Below are positions 18,650-28,642 of a DNA stretch of 64,000 bases, in pieces. The notes under the pieces are model-generated. The model searched no databases, was not told where the DNA came from, and worked only from the letters and a program-made list of their open reading frames with translations. This DNA comes from Bradymonadales bacterium (GTDB lineage Bacteria > Bdellovibrionota > UBA2394). The DNA lies in contig REDG01000035.1 of NCBI GenBank assembly GCA_007693605.1, positions 1 to 64,000 of the forward strand. The letters run 5' to 3'. Position numbers and translations under genes: made by a program. How positions within the stretch are numbered: the stretch's first letter is position 1; each line of letters begins with the position of its first letter.

Positions 18650-20752
18650 CTAGCGAATTCGGAGCTGAAAGTTTCGGTCTGAGTGAATCAGTGCGGCCCT
18701 CGTTCGAAAAAACTGAAGCCTTCTTTGTCTCTGAAGCCAATCTTCGAAGCTCTTGAGCGATTCTGATGAAGGCAGGTCCTCAGTGATGAGTAGCCATCGA
18801 GGAATGGGTTCTCGAAGGCTACGCTGAGGGCTGGTGTCTCTCAATTGAAAAAAGCGCCACTTCAAGCTCTCAGCGCTGGGGCTGGGTGAGCACACCAAAC
18901 GTTTCATCGACTGGGCGTCTCTCTCAAAAAACAGAAGAAGGCAGACCCGAAAAAGACCTGAAATCTCGGCGCCCCACTCCTGTAGCCCCAGCTGCAACTC
19001 TCGTTCGGGCCCCGTTCGTTTCAAGGAGATCGAAGCCCGTTCTGTTAACGGGAGTCGCCCTTCCTCGGTGATCAGTACATGAAGTTGGTAGATTTCAAGA
19101 TGAGTGCGACCTTTGGCCGGGGCTGTGAGCAAGGAGTGCACCTCGCTGTCGGAAGCCGAGATCAACTCAACCAAGCTCTCCCAAGCCCTTGGTTCGATCT
19201 TCATAAGCTGCTCTGGGCTTTGGTTCAGAAGGTCGTTGACTCGGTCTTGGTTAAAAATCCCAACCTCATCAATTTGTGTGAGCTCGTTGGGGCGGGCGAC
19301 CAGAAAGTGGGGGCTTTGGTTGAAGCTTTCCACCTGAGGCAGCACGCCAGGGCTCACCAAAAACCACTGCGGTGGAATGAAGGCAAGCCGCGAGACTCTG
19401 ACCTCCATCAAGAGCCAAAGATCTTCATCGAGATAGAGAGGTTCGGACCCCTTCAGGGTCGCACGAAGAGAAATTTGTCCTCGCGAGTTGGTCTCTGCCT
19501 CTCCCTCCCAGCGGGCAAGAGCCAGAAGGTCTTCCCCTTCATTGGGCCTGTGCTTCAAGGCAAAGATGCGCATCCGGAGGGCTTGGTTCGAGAGAGGGAG
19601 CAGCTTCGAGTGACCTTGAATTTTCAAGCTCTCGACTTCGACTTGGGACTCGAACTGAAATCGGCTTTGAGCCAAGAGATTCAGATCTTCGTCGAGGCTC
19701 AGCTCTGCCCCGGCCTTTCGATGAAGACTGAATCTCGAGAGATGGAGCCTTTGGGCTTCGGTCGAAGCGGGAAGAAAGCTTTGATTCTGCCAATTCGCAG
19801 GAGCCCGATCGGTTCCGCGCCGCCAGGCGAGAATCAGTGGATTCCTATCCGATTCTGAAAGATTTAGAATGAACGACCAGCGAGAACGGTCGGGATAGAG
19901 TTCTTCTGCGGATTGGATGTCGAGGTCAATTCTTTGCTGATATTCATGTTCGAATGGAGAGTAGAGCAAATCAAACTCTAAACTGAAATTTCCGAATCGG
20001 TCGGTGGAGCTTTCCTTTCGAATCGAGCTTGCCCAGCGCTGATCTCGAAGACTAAAGCTCAACGGAAGCTCGGGGATGGCGGCCCCCGTCTTTTCGTCAA
20101 TGATCTGTGCTCGATATCGAAGTCGAACTCTCTCAAACTCTCCGTCCAAGCTTTCTCTTTGTACGAATTCCCAACTGGGCGCATAGGTGGCAAAAGTTCT
20201 CGAATTCATTTTAGCGGCTCGCGCACGCAAAAGCTCAGGGTTTGGAGCTTTTTCCAATGGGGTGATACTCGGCTGAGCGACTCCTTGAATCTCTCGCGTA
20301 TTCAGTTGAAACAGGAAGCTGCCGAGCTGACTGGAAGAAATTCGGATGGGAATTTCTCGAAGGTCGTTTCTGGTGTAGGGATGAACTTGCAGAAGGAATT
20401 CAGCACTCAATTGCCCAGCCTTGTCTGTTCGAATGACATTCTCAGCCTCGAGAACCTCTTCTGAAAAAATCTCGAGTTGGAACGGGTGAAAGGCCAAGGC
20501 TCTCAAGCTGACGCGATCAGTTAAACTCCAACTCAAACGAACAGAAAGACAGTCTCGATTTGAGTCTCTAGGTTCGGGGCAATTGGCATTCGAGACTGTC
20601 GGAGTTCCCATCTCCACTTTCACTCGATCTTCGAGTGTAACAAACTCAAAGTCTCTCATGCTGCGATCTTGGCAAGCACCGAGAAAAAGTCCGACGATAA
20701 ACAAGAACAGGGCTTGGGCGGTTCTGGTCTGAATCAAAGCTTCAGTTCGCAT
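18650..20752 (-). CDS. Large hypothetical lipoprotein, beta-rich
   Basis: About 700-aa ORF with FLGAC lipobox; repeated TD..G motifs (TDKAGQ, TDRFGN, TNSRGQ) suggest Ig-like modules. Confidence 0.65.
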   Translation of the reverse strand: MRTEALIQTRTAQALFLFIVGLFLGACQDRSMRDFEFVTLEDRVKVEMGTPTVSNANCPEPRDSNRDCLSVRLSWSLTDRVSLRALAFHPFQLEIFSEEVLEAENVIRTDKAGQLSAEFLLQVHPYTRNDLREIPIRISSSQLGSFLFQLNTREIQGVAQPSITPLEKAPNPELLRARAAKMNSRTFATYAPSWEFVQRESLDGEFERVRLRYRAQIIDEKTGAAIPELPLSFSLRDQRWASSIRKESSTDRFGNFSLEFDLLYSPFEHEYQQRIDLDIQSAEELYPDRSRWSFILNLSESDRNPLILAWRRGTDRAPANWQNQSFLPASTEAQRLHLSRFSLHRKAGAELSLDEDLNLLAQSRFQFESQVEVESLKIQGHSKLLPLSNQALRMRIFALKHRPNEGEDLLALARWEGEAETNSRGQISLRATLKGSEPLYLDEDLWLLMEVRVSRLAFIPPQWFLVSPGVLPQVESFNQSPHFLVARPNELTQIDEVGIFNQDRVNDLLNQSPEQLMKIEPRAWESLVELISASDSEVHSLLTAPAKGRTHLEIYQLHVLITEEGRLPLTERASISLKRTGPERELQLGLQEWGAEISGLFRVCLLLFFERDAQSMKRLVCSPSPSAESLKWRFFQLRDTSPQRSLREPIPRWLLITEDLPSSESLKSFEDWLQRQRRLQFFRTRAALIHSDRNFQLRIR

Positions 20753-21813
20753 CCTAAAATCCATTCTTGGCGATCGTTTTGTAAGAGATTTTGTCGAATT
20801 CGATTAGCCCTTTGAAAGGAAGCCCATAGGCTGAGTTCATCCAAAATGAAATACGATAGTTCGACTCGAAAGCCTCGTCGGTTTGTTCCCCCCAGCTCTT
20901 GATCGAGCAAAGAGGCGATTTGCAAATCGGACTCAATTGAAAAGAGTTGAGCGGCGAACAGAAAATTTGATTTCGTATTCGGTCGGCCCAGCTTGCCTTC
21001 GAGATAGAAGCCCCGGTCTTTTTGCTCAGAACGCAGATTGAGCGCTGCCGCCGCACGCAACTCGGTCAGAATTCCAAAGGGGTGGCTCGCAACAGACAGA
21101 GCTACTTCTATGGGGGCAAAATTCTCTTCAAAGCCAGAAGCTTGATCTTCTTCCAATTGCACTCGATTGCCAGACGCAACCGAAGCATCGGCGAGCGCGC
21201 TGGAAGGCTGATGCTGCCAAAAGCCCGTGGCGCTCAAGCTCCCCCGTGTAAAGTCTCCAAACTGTGCTCCGAGTTCGAAGCCGGCCAAAAAACTCCAAGA
21301 ACGGCGCCTTTGCTGATTAAAACGAATATCGGCGGCTTGAGGGCTTAAGGAGAACTGACCCGCATAAAGCCTCAGTTCAAATCTTTCACCCCAAGCGAGC
21401 TGTTGCAGAAGCCCTTCCGGATTTCTTTGGGGGTCCCAAAGCAGGGGAGAGGCCATCGACGAAAGTGGAAACTTCCCCAAAAAGATCTCGAAGGAGCTCA
21501 GCTCTCCCAACTCCCAAGCTCTGTTCAAAAAGCCTTGTGAGAGTCCCAGACTCTTCTGTCCGAATCCGTCGGCCAGTCGAACCCAAGAGAGCGAGTGGGG
21601 TTCGGCCTCAGAGGCTCGCAATCCGAGCCCAAAGCGCCATTTTTGCCACTCACTAAAAAAATTCAGGCCCGCCTTCAGCTCAAGTACAGACTCGTCTTTT
21701 TCTGTCTCGAAGCTTTCTCGATACCGCAGGCCCAGCTCAGGTCGTAGCTCCCAGGTCTCTGCTACAGAAGCCTGGGTTATGAGAAGACCCACAATTAAAT
21801 TGAGTGTAGGCAT
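20734..21813 (-). CDS. Putative outer-membrane beta-barrel/porin
   Basis: Signal peptide; LRYRE, FLGKF, LLWD...PEG and GGTNRRG motifs; alternating beta-strands. Confidence 0.6.
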   Translation of the reverse strand: MPTLNLIVGLLITQASVAETWELRPELGLRYRESFETEKDESVLELKAGLNFFSEWQKWRFGLGLRASEAEPHSLSWVRLADGFGQKSLGLSQGFLNRAWELGELSSFEIFLGKFPLSSMASPLLWDPQRNPEGLLQQLAWGERFELRLYAGQFSLSPQAADIRFNQQRRRSWSFLAGFELGAQFGDFTRGSLSATGFWQHQPSSALADASVASGNRVQLEEDQASGFEENFAPIEVALSVASHPFGILTELRAAAALNLRSEQKDRGFYLEGKLGRPNTKSNFLFAAQLFSIESDLQIASLLDQELGGTNRRGFRVELSYFILDELSLWASFQRANRIRQNLLQNDRQEWILGCELKL

Positions 21814-21840
21814 AATTCAGAGAAGGCTTAGCAAAGTTCG

Positions 21841-23961
21841 ATGCGTCTAGACCAATGGTTATTTGAAGAAGGTTATTTTGAGTCTCGAGAGAAGGCCCGT
21901 CGCGAGATTTTGGTCGGAAGAGTGCGCGAGAAGGGCAGTGGCGAGGTTTTGGATAAGCCCGGCCAAAGGGTGAAGTCAGGCCTGCAGGTGCAGATTTTGG
22001 CGGCCAGTCGCTTTGTGAGTCGAGGCGGCGAAAAATTGGCGGGCTTTCTTGACGAGACAGGCCTCCAAACCGAGGGCTATCGGTGTCTCGATGTGGGTTC
22101 CTCGACGGGAGGCTTTACCGACTGTTTGCTTCAACGGGGAGCCCAATCGGTGGTGGCCGTTGATGTGGGAAGCCATCAGTTGCATGAAAAGCTGCGGAAA
22201 GACCCTCGGGTGGAACTCTTTGAGAATCAGGACGTTCGACATTTTTCTTTTGAGTCGGGGGCTTCGTTCGATCTCAGCTGCGTAGATTGCTCCTTCATCT
22301 CGTTGAGAAAGCTCTTGCCTTCTTTGATCGAAAGGCTTCGTTCGAAAACCTGGATCATGCTCTTTAAGCCTCAGTTTGAAGTGGGTCGCGGAGTACGCAT
22401 GCCGCGGGGCGTAGTGCCAGAGAGAGCCGCCTGGAAATGTCTCGAGGAAATGCTTCTTTTTTTGGATTCCTTAGGATTTAATTCGCTTGTGATTCGAGAG
22501 AGCCAAGTTCGTGGAACGAAAGGCAATCAGGAGGTGTTTATTCAAGCGTCGATCGAAAAACAACAGGGAAGAGATCTTTTACACATCTTCAGAACTTACG
22601 ACATCAGGGGCCGAGCTGGCACCGAGCTGACTCCTCAGCTCATGAGAGGAGTGGGGAAAGTTTTGGTCAGACGGCTTTTGTCTCGCTTTCCGAAGGAGAA
22701 AAAACTGAGAGTGGGCTTGGGTCGAGATCAAAGACCGAGCTCGCCAGAGTTGGCACGAGCGCTTCAGGAGGGTTTGCAACACCCTGCTCTTGAACTGTTT
22801 TGGGCGGGTGAGGTGGCGACTCCTTCGCTTTATTTTGGAAGTCAGCACTTCTCTTGGCATGCCGCATTTCAAGTCACCGCGTCGCACAACCCGACGGAAG
22901 ACAACGGATTAAAAATGTTAATCAATGGGCAGGCGCTTTTTGGTGATGAGATTCGTGGAATTGGTTTGGAGGTCTTGGCAAGAGCACCCGAGCTGGAAGC
23001 CCAGCCTGGCGAATTGCCTCTTATAGATTGTCATGAAGAACTGCAGGCCTCTTATCTAAAATTTTTACACTCTGATATTCAGCTCGATAGAAAATTTCGA
23101 GTGGCAGTGGACTGTGGAAATGGAATGGGAGGGGTTTTGGCAAGGCGAGCGCTGGAGCCTTTTTGCGACAAGCTGGAGATTCTATTTGAGACCGTAGATT
23201 GTCGCTTTCCGAACCATCCGGCCGACCCGAGTGTCGGGGCCAATATGCAAGACCTTGTCGCATTGATGAAGAAAGACGAGTTTGATGTGGGCTTCGCTTT
23301 TGATGGGGATGCCGATCGCGTAGGAGTGGTGACCCGTCAAGGCCGTATTTTGTGGGGAGACGAGATTCTGATGCTCCTGGCAGAGAAGGTTTTGAAAGAG
23401 AAGCCCGGAAGCGTCGTGATCGGAGAGGTCAAGTGCTCTCAGAAGCTCTTTCAGATGATTCGCGACCGAGGCGGACAGCCTGTGATGTACCGAGCCGGGC
23501 ATAGTCTCATGAAAAAGAGGCTGAAGGAGTTGGAGGCTCCGATCGCCGGAGAGATGAGCGGGCATCTGTTTTTTGGGGATCGGTTTTTTGGCTTTGACGA
23601 TGGAATCTACGCGGCTCTTCGAGTTCTGGAAGTGATGGCCGTTCTCCATCTTGACCTGGATGAGTGGATCAACAGTTTTCCTGAAATGACTTCGACCCCA
23701 GAGATTCGAGTTCATTGTCCAGAAGATCAAAAGCAGGCTTGGGTAGAGAAGATTAAGGGACTTTTTGAAAAGGATGAGGGAGCCGAACTCAATTTGATTG
23801 ACGGGGTTCGAGTGAGTTTTCCAGATCAGTCTTGGGTTCTTGCCCGAGCAAGCAATACGGAAGCCGCCATGGTCTTTCGCATTGAGGCCTTGACCCCTGA
23901 TCGGCTAGAGGAGTTACGAGCAAGAATGGAAAAGAGTTTGGGAGTGCTTGTTCGTGTTTGA
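21841..23961 (+). CDS. TlyA-family rRNA methyltransferase fused to phosphomannomutase/phosphoglucomutase
   Basis: N-terminal MRLD, FVSRGGEKL, DVGSSTGGFTD, FKPQFE, GTKGNQE; C-terminal IFRTYDIRG, TASHNP, FDGDADR, GEMSGH, RASNTE; one frame. Confidence 0.88.
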   Translation: MRLDQWLFEEGYFESREKARREILVGRVREKGSGEVLDKPGQRVKSGLQVQILAASRFVSRGGEKLAGFLDETGLQTEGYRCLDVGSSTGGFTDCLLQRGAQSVVAVDVGSHQLHEKLRKDPRVELFENQDVRHFSFESGASFDLSCVDCSFISLRKLLPSLIERLRSKTWIMLFKPQFEVGRGVRMPRGVVPERAAWKCLEEMLLFLDSLGFNSLVIRESQVRGTKGNQEVFIQASIEKQQGRDLLHIFRTYDIRGRAGTELTPQLMRGVGKVLVRRLLSRFPKEKKLRVGLGRDQRPSSPELARALQEGLQHPALELFWAGEVATPSLYFGSQHFSWHAAFQVTASHNPTEDNGLKMLINGQALFGDEIRGIGLEVLARAPELEAQPGELPLIDCHEELQASYLKFLHSDIQLDRKFRVAVDCGNGMGGVLARRALEPFCDKLEILFETVDCRFPNHPADPSVGANMQDLVALMKKDEFDVGFAFDGDADRVGVVTRQGRILWGDEILMLLAEKVLKEKPGSVVIGEVKCSQKLFQMIRDRGGQPVMYRAGHSLMKKRLKELEAPIAGEMSGHLFFGDRFFGFDDGIYAALRVLEVMAVLHLDLDEWINSFPEMTSTPEIRVHCPEDQKQAWVEKIKGLFEKDEGAELNLIDGVRVSFPDQSWVLARASNTEAAMVFRIEALTPDRLEELRARMEKSLGVLVRV

Positions 23962-24469
23962 GTTGAGTAGCCCGCCCTTTGTGGACCTTCAGAAAGAGAA
24001 GCTCCTTCAATTGTACCAGTCTCTCAATCAGCCCGTTTTGTCTCCTGAGCCCGGCTTACCCGCAGAGACGGCGCAGGCCTATTTCATTCTGAGTCTGGGG
24101 CAGGGAGAAAAGCTTCATCTGTATATTGGGCTTTGTTTCTTAGATTCGAGTCATCGCATTTTGTACAAAAGCGAGGCTTTCTCGGATGAAGAGATGGTGA
24201 ATTGTCTTGTTGAGGCGGAATCTTTCGTCGGCGAAATGGGCTTCATGATGGATGACCTTCATTTTCAGGACGGTTCTGAGGCCGAGCGAAGGGAAATGAA
24301 GCGGACCAACCCCTTTTTTTATCGAGAGCACAGCCAGTTCTTAGAGGCCCTCACTCGACAAGAGAAAGCGGAGAAGGTCTCGAAAGCCCCCTTGACACAA
24401 CGACAGACGGGCTCTCAGAAATATTCGTTTTTTCTAGAACACTATGTCAGAATGTTAAGCATGCTGTAG
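23954..24469 (+). CDS. Hypothetical protein upstream of the pilotin gene
   Basis: Overlaps the previous stop; contains AESFVGEMGFMMD; function not recognised. Confidence 0.6.
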   Translation: MFELSSPPFVDLQKEKLLQLYQSLNQPVLSPEPGLPAETAQAYFILSLGQGEKLHLYIGLCFLDSSHRILYKSEAFSDEEMVNCLVEAESFVGEMGFMMDDLHFQDGSEAERREMKRTNPFFYREHSQFLEALTRQEKAEKVSKAPLTQRQTGSQKYSFFLEHYVRMLSML

Positions 24470-24481
24470 GAGGCGACTTAT

Positions 24482-25258
24482 ATGATGAATTCATCAAGGA
24501 AATGGCTAGTGTTGTTTTTTGTGGGGGGCTTGGCGCTTGCCTGCTCTTCGAAGACCGAATTGACTCATCAGCCGATGGGCGAGAGGGCTTCGGTTCAGTA
24601 TCAATTTGCTTTTGATTTTTTTCGGGGGGGAGATATTGTGCGGGCTCGATCGGCCGCGCTGACGGCCGCTGAACTCGCTCCCCAGGATGCGGATGTCAGA
24701 AACCTGCTGGGCTTGATTTATTTTCGAAGGGGAGAGTATGAGCAGGCAGAGCGGGAGTTTAAATTAGCCTCTCAGTTGAACCCAAGAATGTCCGAGGCGC
24801 ATAATAATTTGGGGACTCTCTATTACGACTTGCAGCGCTATGAAGAGGCATTAGAGGCTTTGGATCGAGCTTTGGACAATCCTCTGTATTTAAATCCTGA
24901 GCGAGTTCACAACAACCGCGGTCTTGTCTTTGAGGCTATGGGTCAGCACGATAAGGCCCGAGAAGAATACGATCGAGCGATTTTTTTGCGGCCTAGTTAT
25001 CATTTGCCTTATCAAAACTTAGGCAGAATGTTGGTGACTTTGGGGGTGCACGCGGAGGCTCGTGACTTTCTTGAAAGAGCCGTGGTGCTTTGTGATGAAT
25101 GTTTAGAGCCAAGGTATCATTTGGGCATGGCCCTGCTTGAGACGAACCACCGAGAGGAGGCGATTCGTCTGTTCAAAGAGGCCCATGAGATGAACCCCAG
25201 AAGTTACTTTGGGCAGTTGGCAGGGGAGCGACTTGAAAGAGAAGGGATTGCTCGATAG
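24482..25258 (+). CDS. TPR lipoprotein, type IV pilus pilotin-like (Tgl/PilF/PilW)
   Basis: ALAC lipobox, TPR repeats, ALDNPLYLNPE motif, upstream of rodZ. Confidence 0.75.
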   Translation: MMNSSRKWLVLFFVGGLALACSSKTELTHQPMGERASVQYQFAFDFFRGGDIVRARSAALTAAELAPQDADVRNLLGLIYFRRGEYEQAEREFKLASQLNPRMSEAHNNLGTLYYDLQRYEEALEALDRALDNPLYLNPERVHNNRGLVFEAMGQHDKAREEYDRAIFLRPSYHLPYQNLGRMLVTLGVHAEARDFLERAVVLCDECLEPRYHLGMALLETNHREEAIRLFKEAHEMNPRSYFGQLAGERLEREGIAR

Positions 25259-26040
25259 TGGGAACTGAAGCCAACGGAGATTCCGATAGCGTTGAACTCT
25301 CTGAGTTGACTGAGAGCTTTGGGGATTACCTCAAGAAGCAGCGCGCCGCCACGGGGAAGTCACTTGAAGAAATTGCGAGAACGACTCGAATCTCGAAAAG
25401 ATACCTAGAAGCCTTTGAGGAGAATCGAATTCGAGACTTTCCGGAAACGGCTTTCGCAAAAGGTTTTCTTCGAAACTACGCTCAAGAGATTGGTTTAGAT
25501 TCCGAAGAGTGTCTCAGTCGATACGATCAGTTAATGCGGGCACAGATGCCCACTCAAATTCGAGACCTCAAGAGAAACACGGCGAGCAGCCATCTTTTGA
25601 ACTTGGGAGCCAAGTCGTCAAAGAACTGGTCTTTGGGGATTTCTCTGGCCGTTGGGGGGCTGGTGTTACTCACTGTTCTGTGGATGATCGGGTCTAAGCT
25701 CTTTCAGGCGGGCCCTGATTTGGCTGAAAGAGAGGTTCTCAGGCCTGGTGTCGTCGAAGTCGAAGAGTTTCGAGTCGATGAAGAACGGTCTTTGGTGGCA
25801 GCTCGACCCTCTTCGTTGGAGTTGAGGGCTGACACGAGGCTCACTTTGATTGTGCGATTAGATGAGTCGGCCTCTCAAGAGATAATGATTTCTCCTGGAG
25901 AGACAAAGGTCTTTGAGGTTTTTCGTCAGGTGGAGCTTCAGGGGGTCGACCAGGGCGGGCTGGAGCTGACCTACAACGGACAGCCTCTTGAGGTCGCGGG
26001 CTCAAGCGTAAAACTGTTTAATCGATTTCTTTTTGACTGA
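25258..26040 (+). CDS. rodZ: RodZ-like cytoskeleton protein (HTH, TM, DUF4115)
   Basis: FGDYLKKQR...TRISKRYLEAFEE...FAKGFLRNYAQEIGLD, single TM, C-terminal LTYNGQ. Confidence 0.8.
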   Translation: MGTEANGDSDSVELSELTESFGDYLKKQRAATGKSLEEIARTTRISKRYLEAFEENRIRDFPETAFAKGFLRNYAQEIGLDSEECLSRYDQLMRAQMPTQIRDLKRNTASSHLLNLGAKSSKNWSLGISLAVGGLVLLTVLWMIGSKLFQAGPDLAEREVLRPGVVEVEEFRVDEERSLVAARPSSLELRADTRLTLIVRLDESASQEIMISPGETKVFEVFRQVELQGVDQGGLELTYNGQPLEVAGSSVKLFNRFLFD

Positions 26041-26900
26041 TGGCAGAGGCCTTTATTCTTTCTTGTCGAGCTTACTCAGAGAGTGATCTGATTGTTGAGT
26101 TTTTCATGGAAAACGGAGAGAGATGTCAGGGCTTTGCCCGAGCCGCCAAAAACTCCAAACGAAGATTTCCGCATCAGTTTCGTTCTACGGGTCTTTATCA
26201 GGTGAGTTTTTCAAAGCGAAGAGACTCACGCTCTTTGAGCCCGGTCGCAAGCTGCGAACTCCTTCGCTATTATGAGGGTATTGAGTCTGGAAGCTTTTCG
26301 ACTCTGCTGCGATGGACATTTTTGATGGAGTGGCTTCGGGAAGAGGCGGTTGAGCCTATTGGGTTTGAAGACTTGAAGCTTTTTGCCGAGAAGATGAGTG
26401 GAGGCTTATCTCAAGAAGCCTTGCTCGAATTCTGCCGCTTCTCAATTGACCAGCAAGGTTTGCGTCCAAACTTTTTGGAGTGTAGTCACTGTCATAAAGC
26501 CATGGACGAATCAAAGGGGGTTGTTTTTTCTTTAGCCCGATTTGGCTTGTGTCATCCTGAATGCGGAGCCGGCTTGCGGCTTTCATCGAATGCGGTCGCG
26601 TGGTGGTCTGAGGCCTTTGAGCCGAGTGGGCCACTGTCCGCAGAAGACGCGAGTGCACTCGAAAAGATTCTTCCCTCTTATCTCCAGTCTGGCTTGGGTC
26701 GAGAGCTCAAAAGTCTTCGACTGCTTCAGCAAGAACTTTCTGAGAGCTCTAGTGGCCCAAGCGGTTGGACCACTAGTTCAGGCAGACTTCCGTCCCCTCT
26801 TGAGCAAGTTCTTCGAGTTGAGGAAAGAGCGCCATCATTGCCACCCTTTCCTCCATCCCTCGGCCTAGCCGGTGAAGATTTGCCAAAACCGATCGGATGA
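26040..26900 (+). CDS. recO: DNA repair protein RecO, with C-terminal extension overlapping the next gene
   Basis: YSESDLIV, ARAAKNSKRRF, GLRPNFLECSHC...CHPEC zinc motif, ELKS. Confidence 0.8.
   Translation: MAEAFILSCRAYSESDLIVEFFMENGERCQGFARAAKNSKRRFPHQFRSTGLYQVSFSKRRDSRSLSPVASCELLRYYEGIESGSFSTLLRWTFLMEWLREEAVEPIGFEDLKLFAEKMSGGLSQEALLEFCRFSIDQQGLRPNFLECSHCHKAMDESKGVVFSLARFGLCHPECGAGLRLSSNAVAWWSEAFEPSGPLSAEDASALEKILPSYLQSGLGRELKSLRLLQQELSESSSGPSGWTTSSGRLPSPLEQVLRVEERAPSLPPFPPSLGLAGEDLPKPIG
26749..26776. repeat. Hairpin of two inverted copies of the dispersed motif
   Basis: CTAGTGGCCCAA-GCGG-TTGGACCACTAG; contains the TAG stop of the S8 peptidase gene. Confidence 0.7.
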
Positions 26901-28503
26901 GCTTCGGCGATTGGAGGCTTGCAAAGACCCCCAAGTTCTCAGGATGGTAAGCTAAGAGAGATCGTTGAAGCCACATGGCATGTTGAGTGTAGGCGAGGAG
27001 CAATTCGTCCTCTTCGCAAAAGTCTTGATAGTTGTAAGACAGAAAGCGAAGGCCTTCTGAGTAGAAGTTGAAGTTTCGGCTGTAGAACTCAGACATTCTC
27101 TCAAATTCTGACATATCGTCAGAGAGCAAGACTTGTCGATAGACGCTTCGACGATAGGCTTCTGAGTGCCGAGGGGCTCTAATCTCTTCGATACGGGCTC
27201 TTCGTATCTCTCTACTGAAGTCGAAAAGCTCTTCTAGTCTAAGAGCCTCTGCCAGAGAAATAGACTCAGCCTCCATGACACGAGAAAGTCGTATGGCGAG
27301 CAAGGTGGCTTTGTAGACATTGATAAGACCTCGACCCCAGTTCTGAGATTTTCTCTCTAGTTTCCAGGCTGTTCTTTCAAGAATCTCCTCTAGCAGCTCT
27401 GCGGGCTCCTCCGGAAAAATCACTCGAAGGTTGGCCAAGGCACCCGATGCCAAGGGGGCCGCCATGCTTGTGCCTGACATCAAGCCCAAGGAGGCGCCGA
27501 CCTCGGCTCTTGAGTGAAGTCGAGAGGCGATATCCACACCAGGGGCCATGATGCGAACTTTTCGTCCGTAGTTGGAAAAACTGGCGACGCCACCCCAAGG
27601 CCCGATGGCACCGACCACGAAGGCCCCTTCGGTTTTATCGGCAATCCAACCCCTGCCAAGGCTCTTCCCATCATTTCCTGCTGCGATCACCAAGTTGGCA
27701 TTCTTCTCAGTGCGAACTCGTTGGGCGGCACGAAGATAATCGTTCGATGCTGGAAGCTGAAGACTCATATTGACGATGAAGTTGGCGTAAGGGAATTCAA
27801 GCAAACTCTCAAGAAAGTAAGGAAAGTCTTGCGGAAAGTGGCGAACATTGCCTTGAAAAGCGTCGAAGGCAAAGAGTTCTACATTCGGACTAGTTCCGAT
27901 CTCAAGCTCAAGGCCGCCAATCGTGCCCGCCACATGAATGCCGTGATCTGATTGAATTCTGGGCAGAGGACTTTTGAAGTCTGGGATCACAATTTCTTCC
28001 AGAAGAAGCGTCTCTAACCAGGAGCTGGCGAACTCGAGGTCAGCCGGCCTGTCGTTGCTCATACGATCGCCAGTTGGAGTGCCGCTCAGAAAATCCATAA
28101 AACGAAAGCGAAGCCTTCGGTCGGGCAGTTCTGGAAAGGGCAGTTGAGTCGCTCGCGGATCATCAATCCGATCGTCCATCACAATCACTCGAGCGGCTTG
28201 ACCCCCAAATCTCGACAAGGGCTCGCGGGCGAGTTCGGCTCCCGAGATTCTCAAGTGCCACAATAGAGGAACGGGTCCGTAGGGAGCCTCCGTCAAGACC
28301 TGTGGACGACGGCCTTGTTGGGCCGACTCCACGGGAGCGCTTCGATCTAAACTCTGATCTAGAATTTGAGCGATTCGCTCCGCCGAGATTTCAGCAGAAA
28401 GACTGAAGTGCCCACTAAAAGACGCCAGCAAAACAGCTGCCACCCCCGCTAAGCATCGAACTGAAAGAGAACCGACCGAATTCCGTCGAAAAAAGACCCC
28501 CAT
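26773..28503 (-). CDS. Secreted subtilisin-like (S8) serine peptidase
   Basis: VIVMDD, HGIHVAGTI, AAGNDG, ASFSNYG, GTSMAAP; signal peptide; start probably 28503. Confidence 0.88.
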   Translation of the reverse strand: MGVFFRRNSVGSLSVRCLAGVAAVLLASFSGHFSLSAEISAERIAQILDQSLDRSAPVESAQQGRRPQVLTEAPYGPVPLLWHLRISGAELAREPLSRFGGQAARVIVMDDRIDDPRATQLPFPELPDRRLRFRFMDFLSGTPTGDRMSNDRPADLEFASSWLETLLLEEIVIPDFKSPLPRIQSDHGIHVAGTIGGLELEIGTSPNVELFAFDAFQGNVRHFPQDFPYFLESLLEFPYANFIVNMSLQLPASNDYLRAAQRVRTEKNANLVIAAGNDGKSLGRGWIADKTEGAFVVGAIGPWGGVASFSNYGRKVRIMAPGVDIASRLHSRAEVGASLGLMSGTSMAAPLASGALANLRVIFPEEPAELLEEILERTAWKLERKSQNWGRGLINVYKATLLAIRLSRVMEAESISLAEALRLEELFDFSREIRRARIEEIRAPRHSEAYRRSVYRQVLLSDDMSEFERMSEFYSRNFNFYSEGLRFLSYNYQDFCEEDELLLAYTQHAMWLQRSLLAYHPENLGVFASLQSPKLIRSVLANLHRLGRGMEERVAMMALFPQLEELAQEGTEVCLN

Positions 28504-28642
28504 AAAACCCCCTATTTCCCCATCTGAGATTTTACGACTCGCGTTAACGCACTGCAAGTAAATTCCGTTTTTGGCCTGAGAAAAGTCTGCACATTTTCAG
28601 TTCTTTCGATTAATTCTCGAAACAGGAGTTCAAAAGCAGAAT

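Noticed and set aside
19079..19858. 259-aa antisense ORF inside the large lipoprotein gene
   Set aside because: Lies antisense within a longer ORF with a lipobox; no recognisable motif
21841..22560. TlyA as a haemolysin/toxin
   Set aside because: Motifs indicate an S4 plus FtsJ-type methyltransferase; haemolytic function cannot be inferred from sequence
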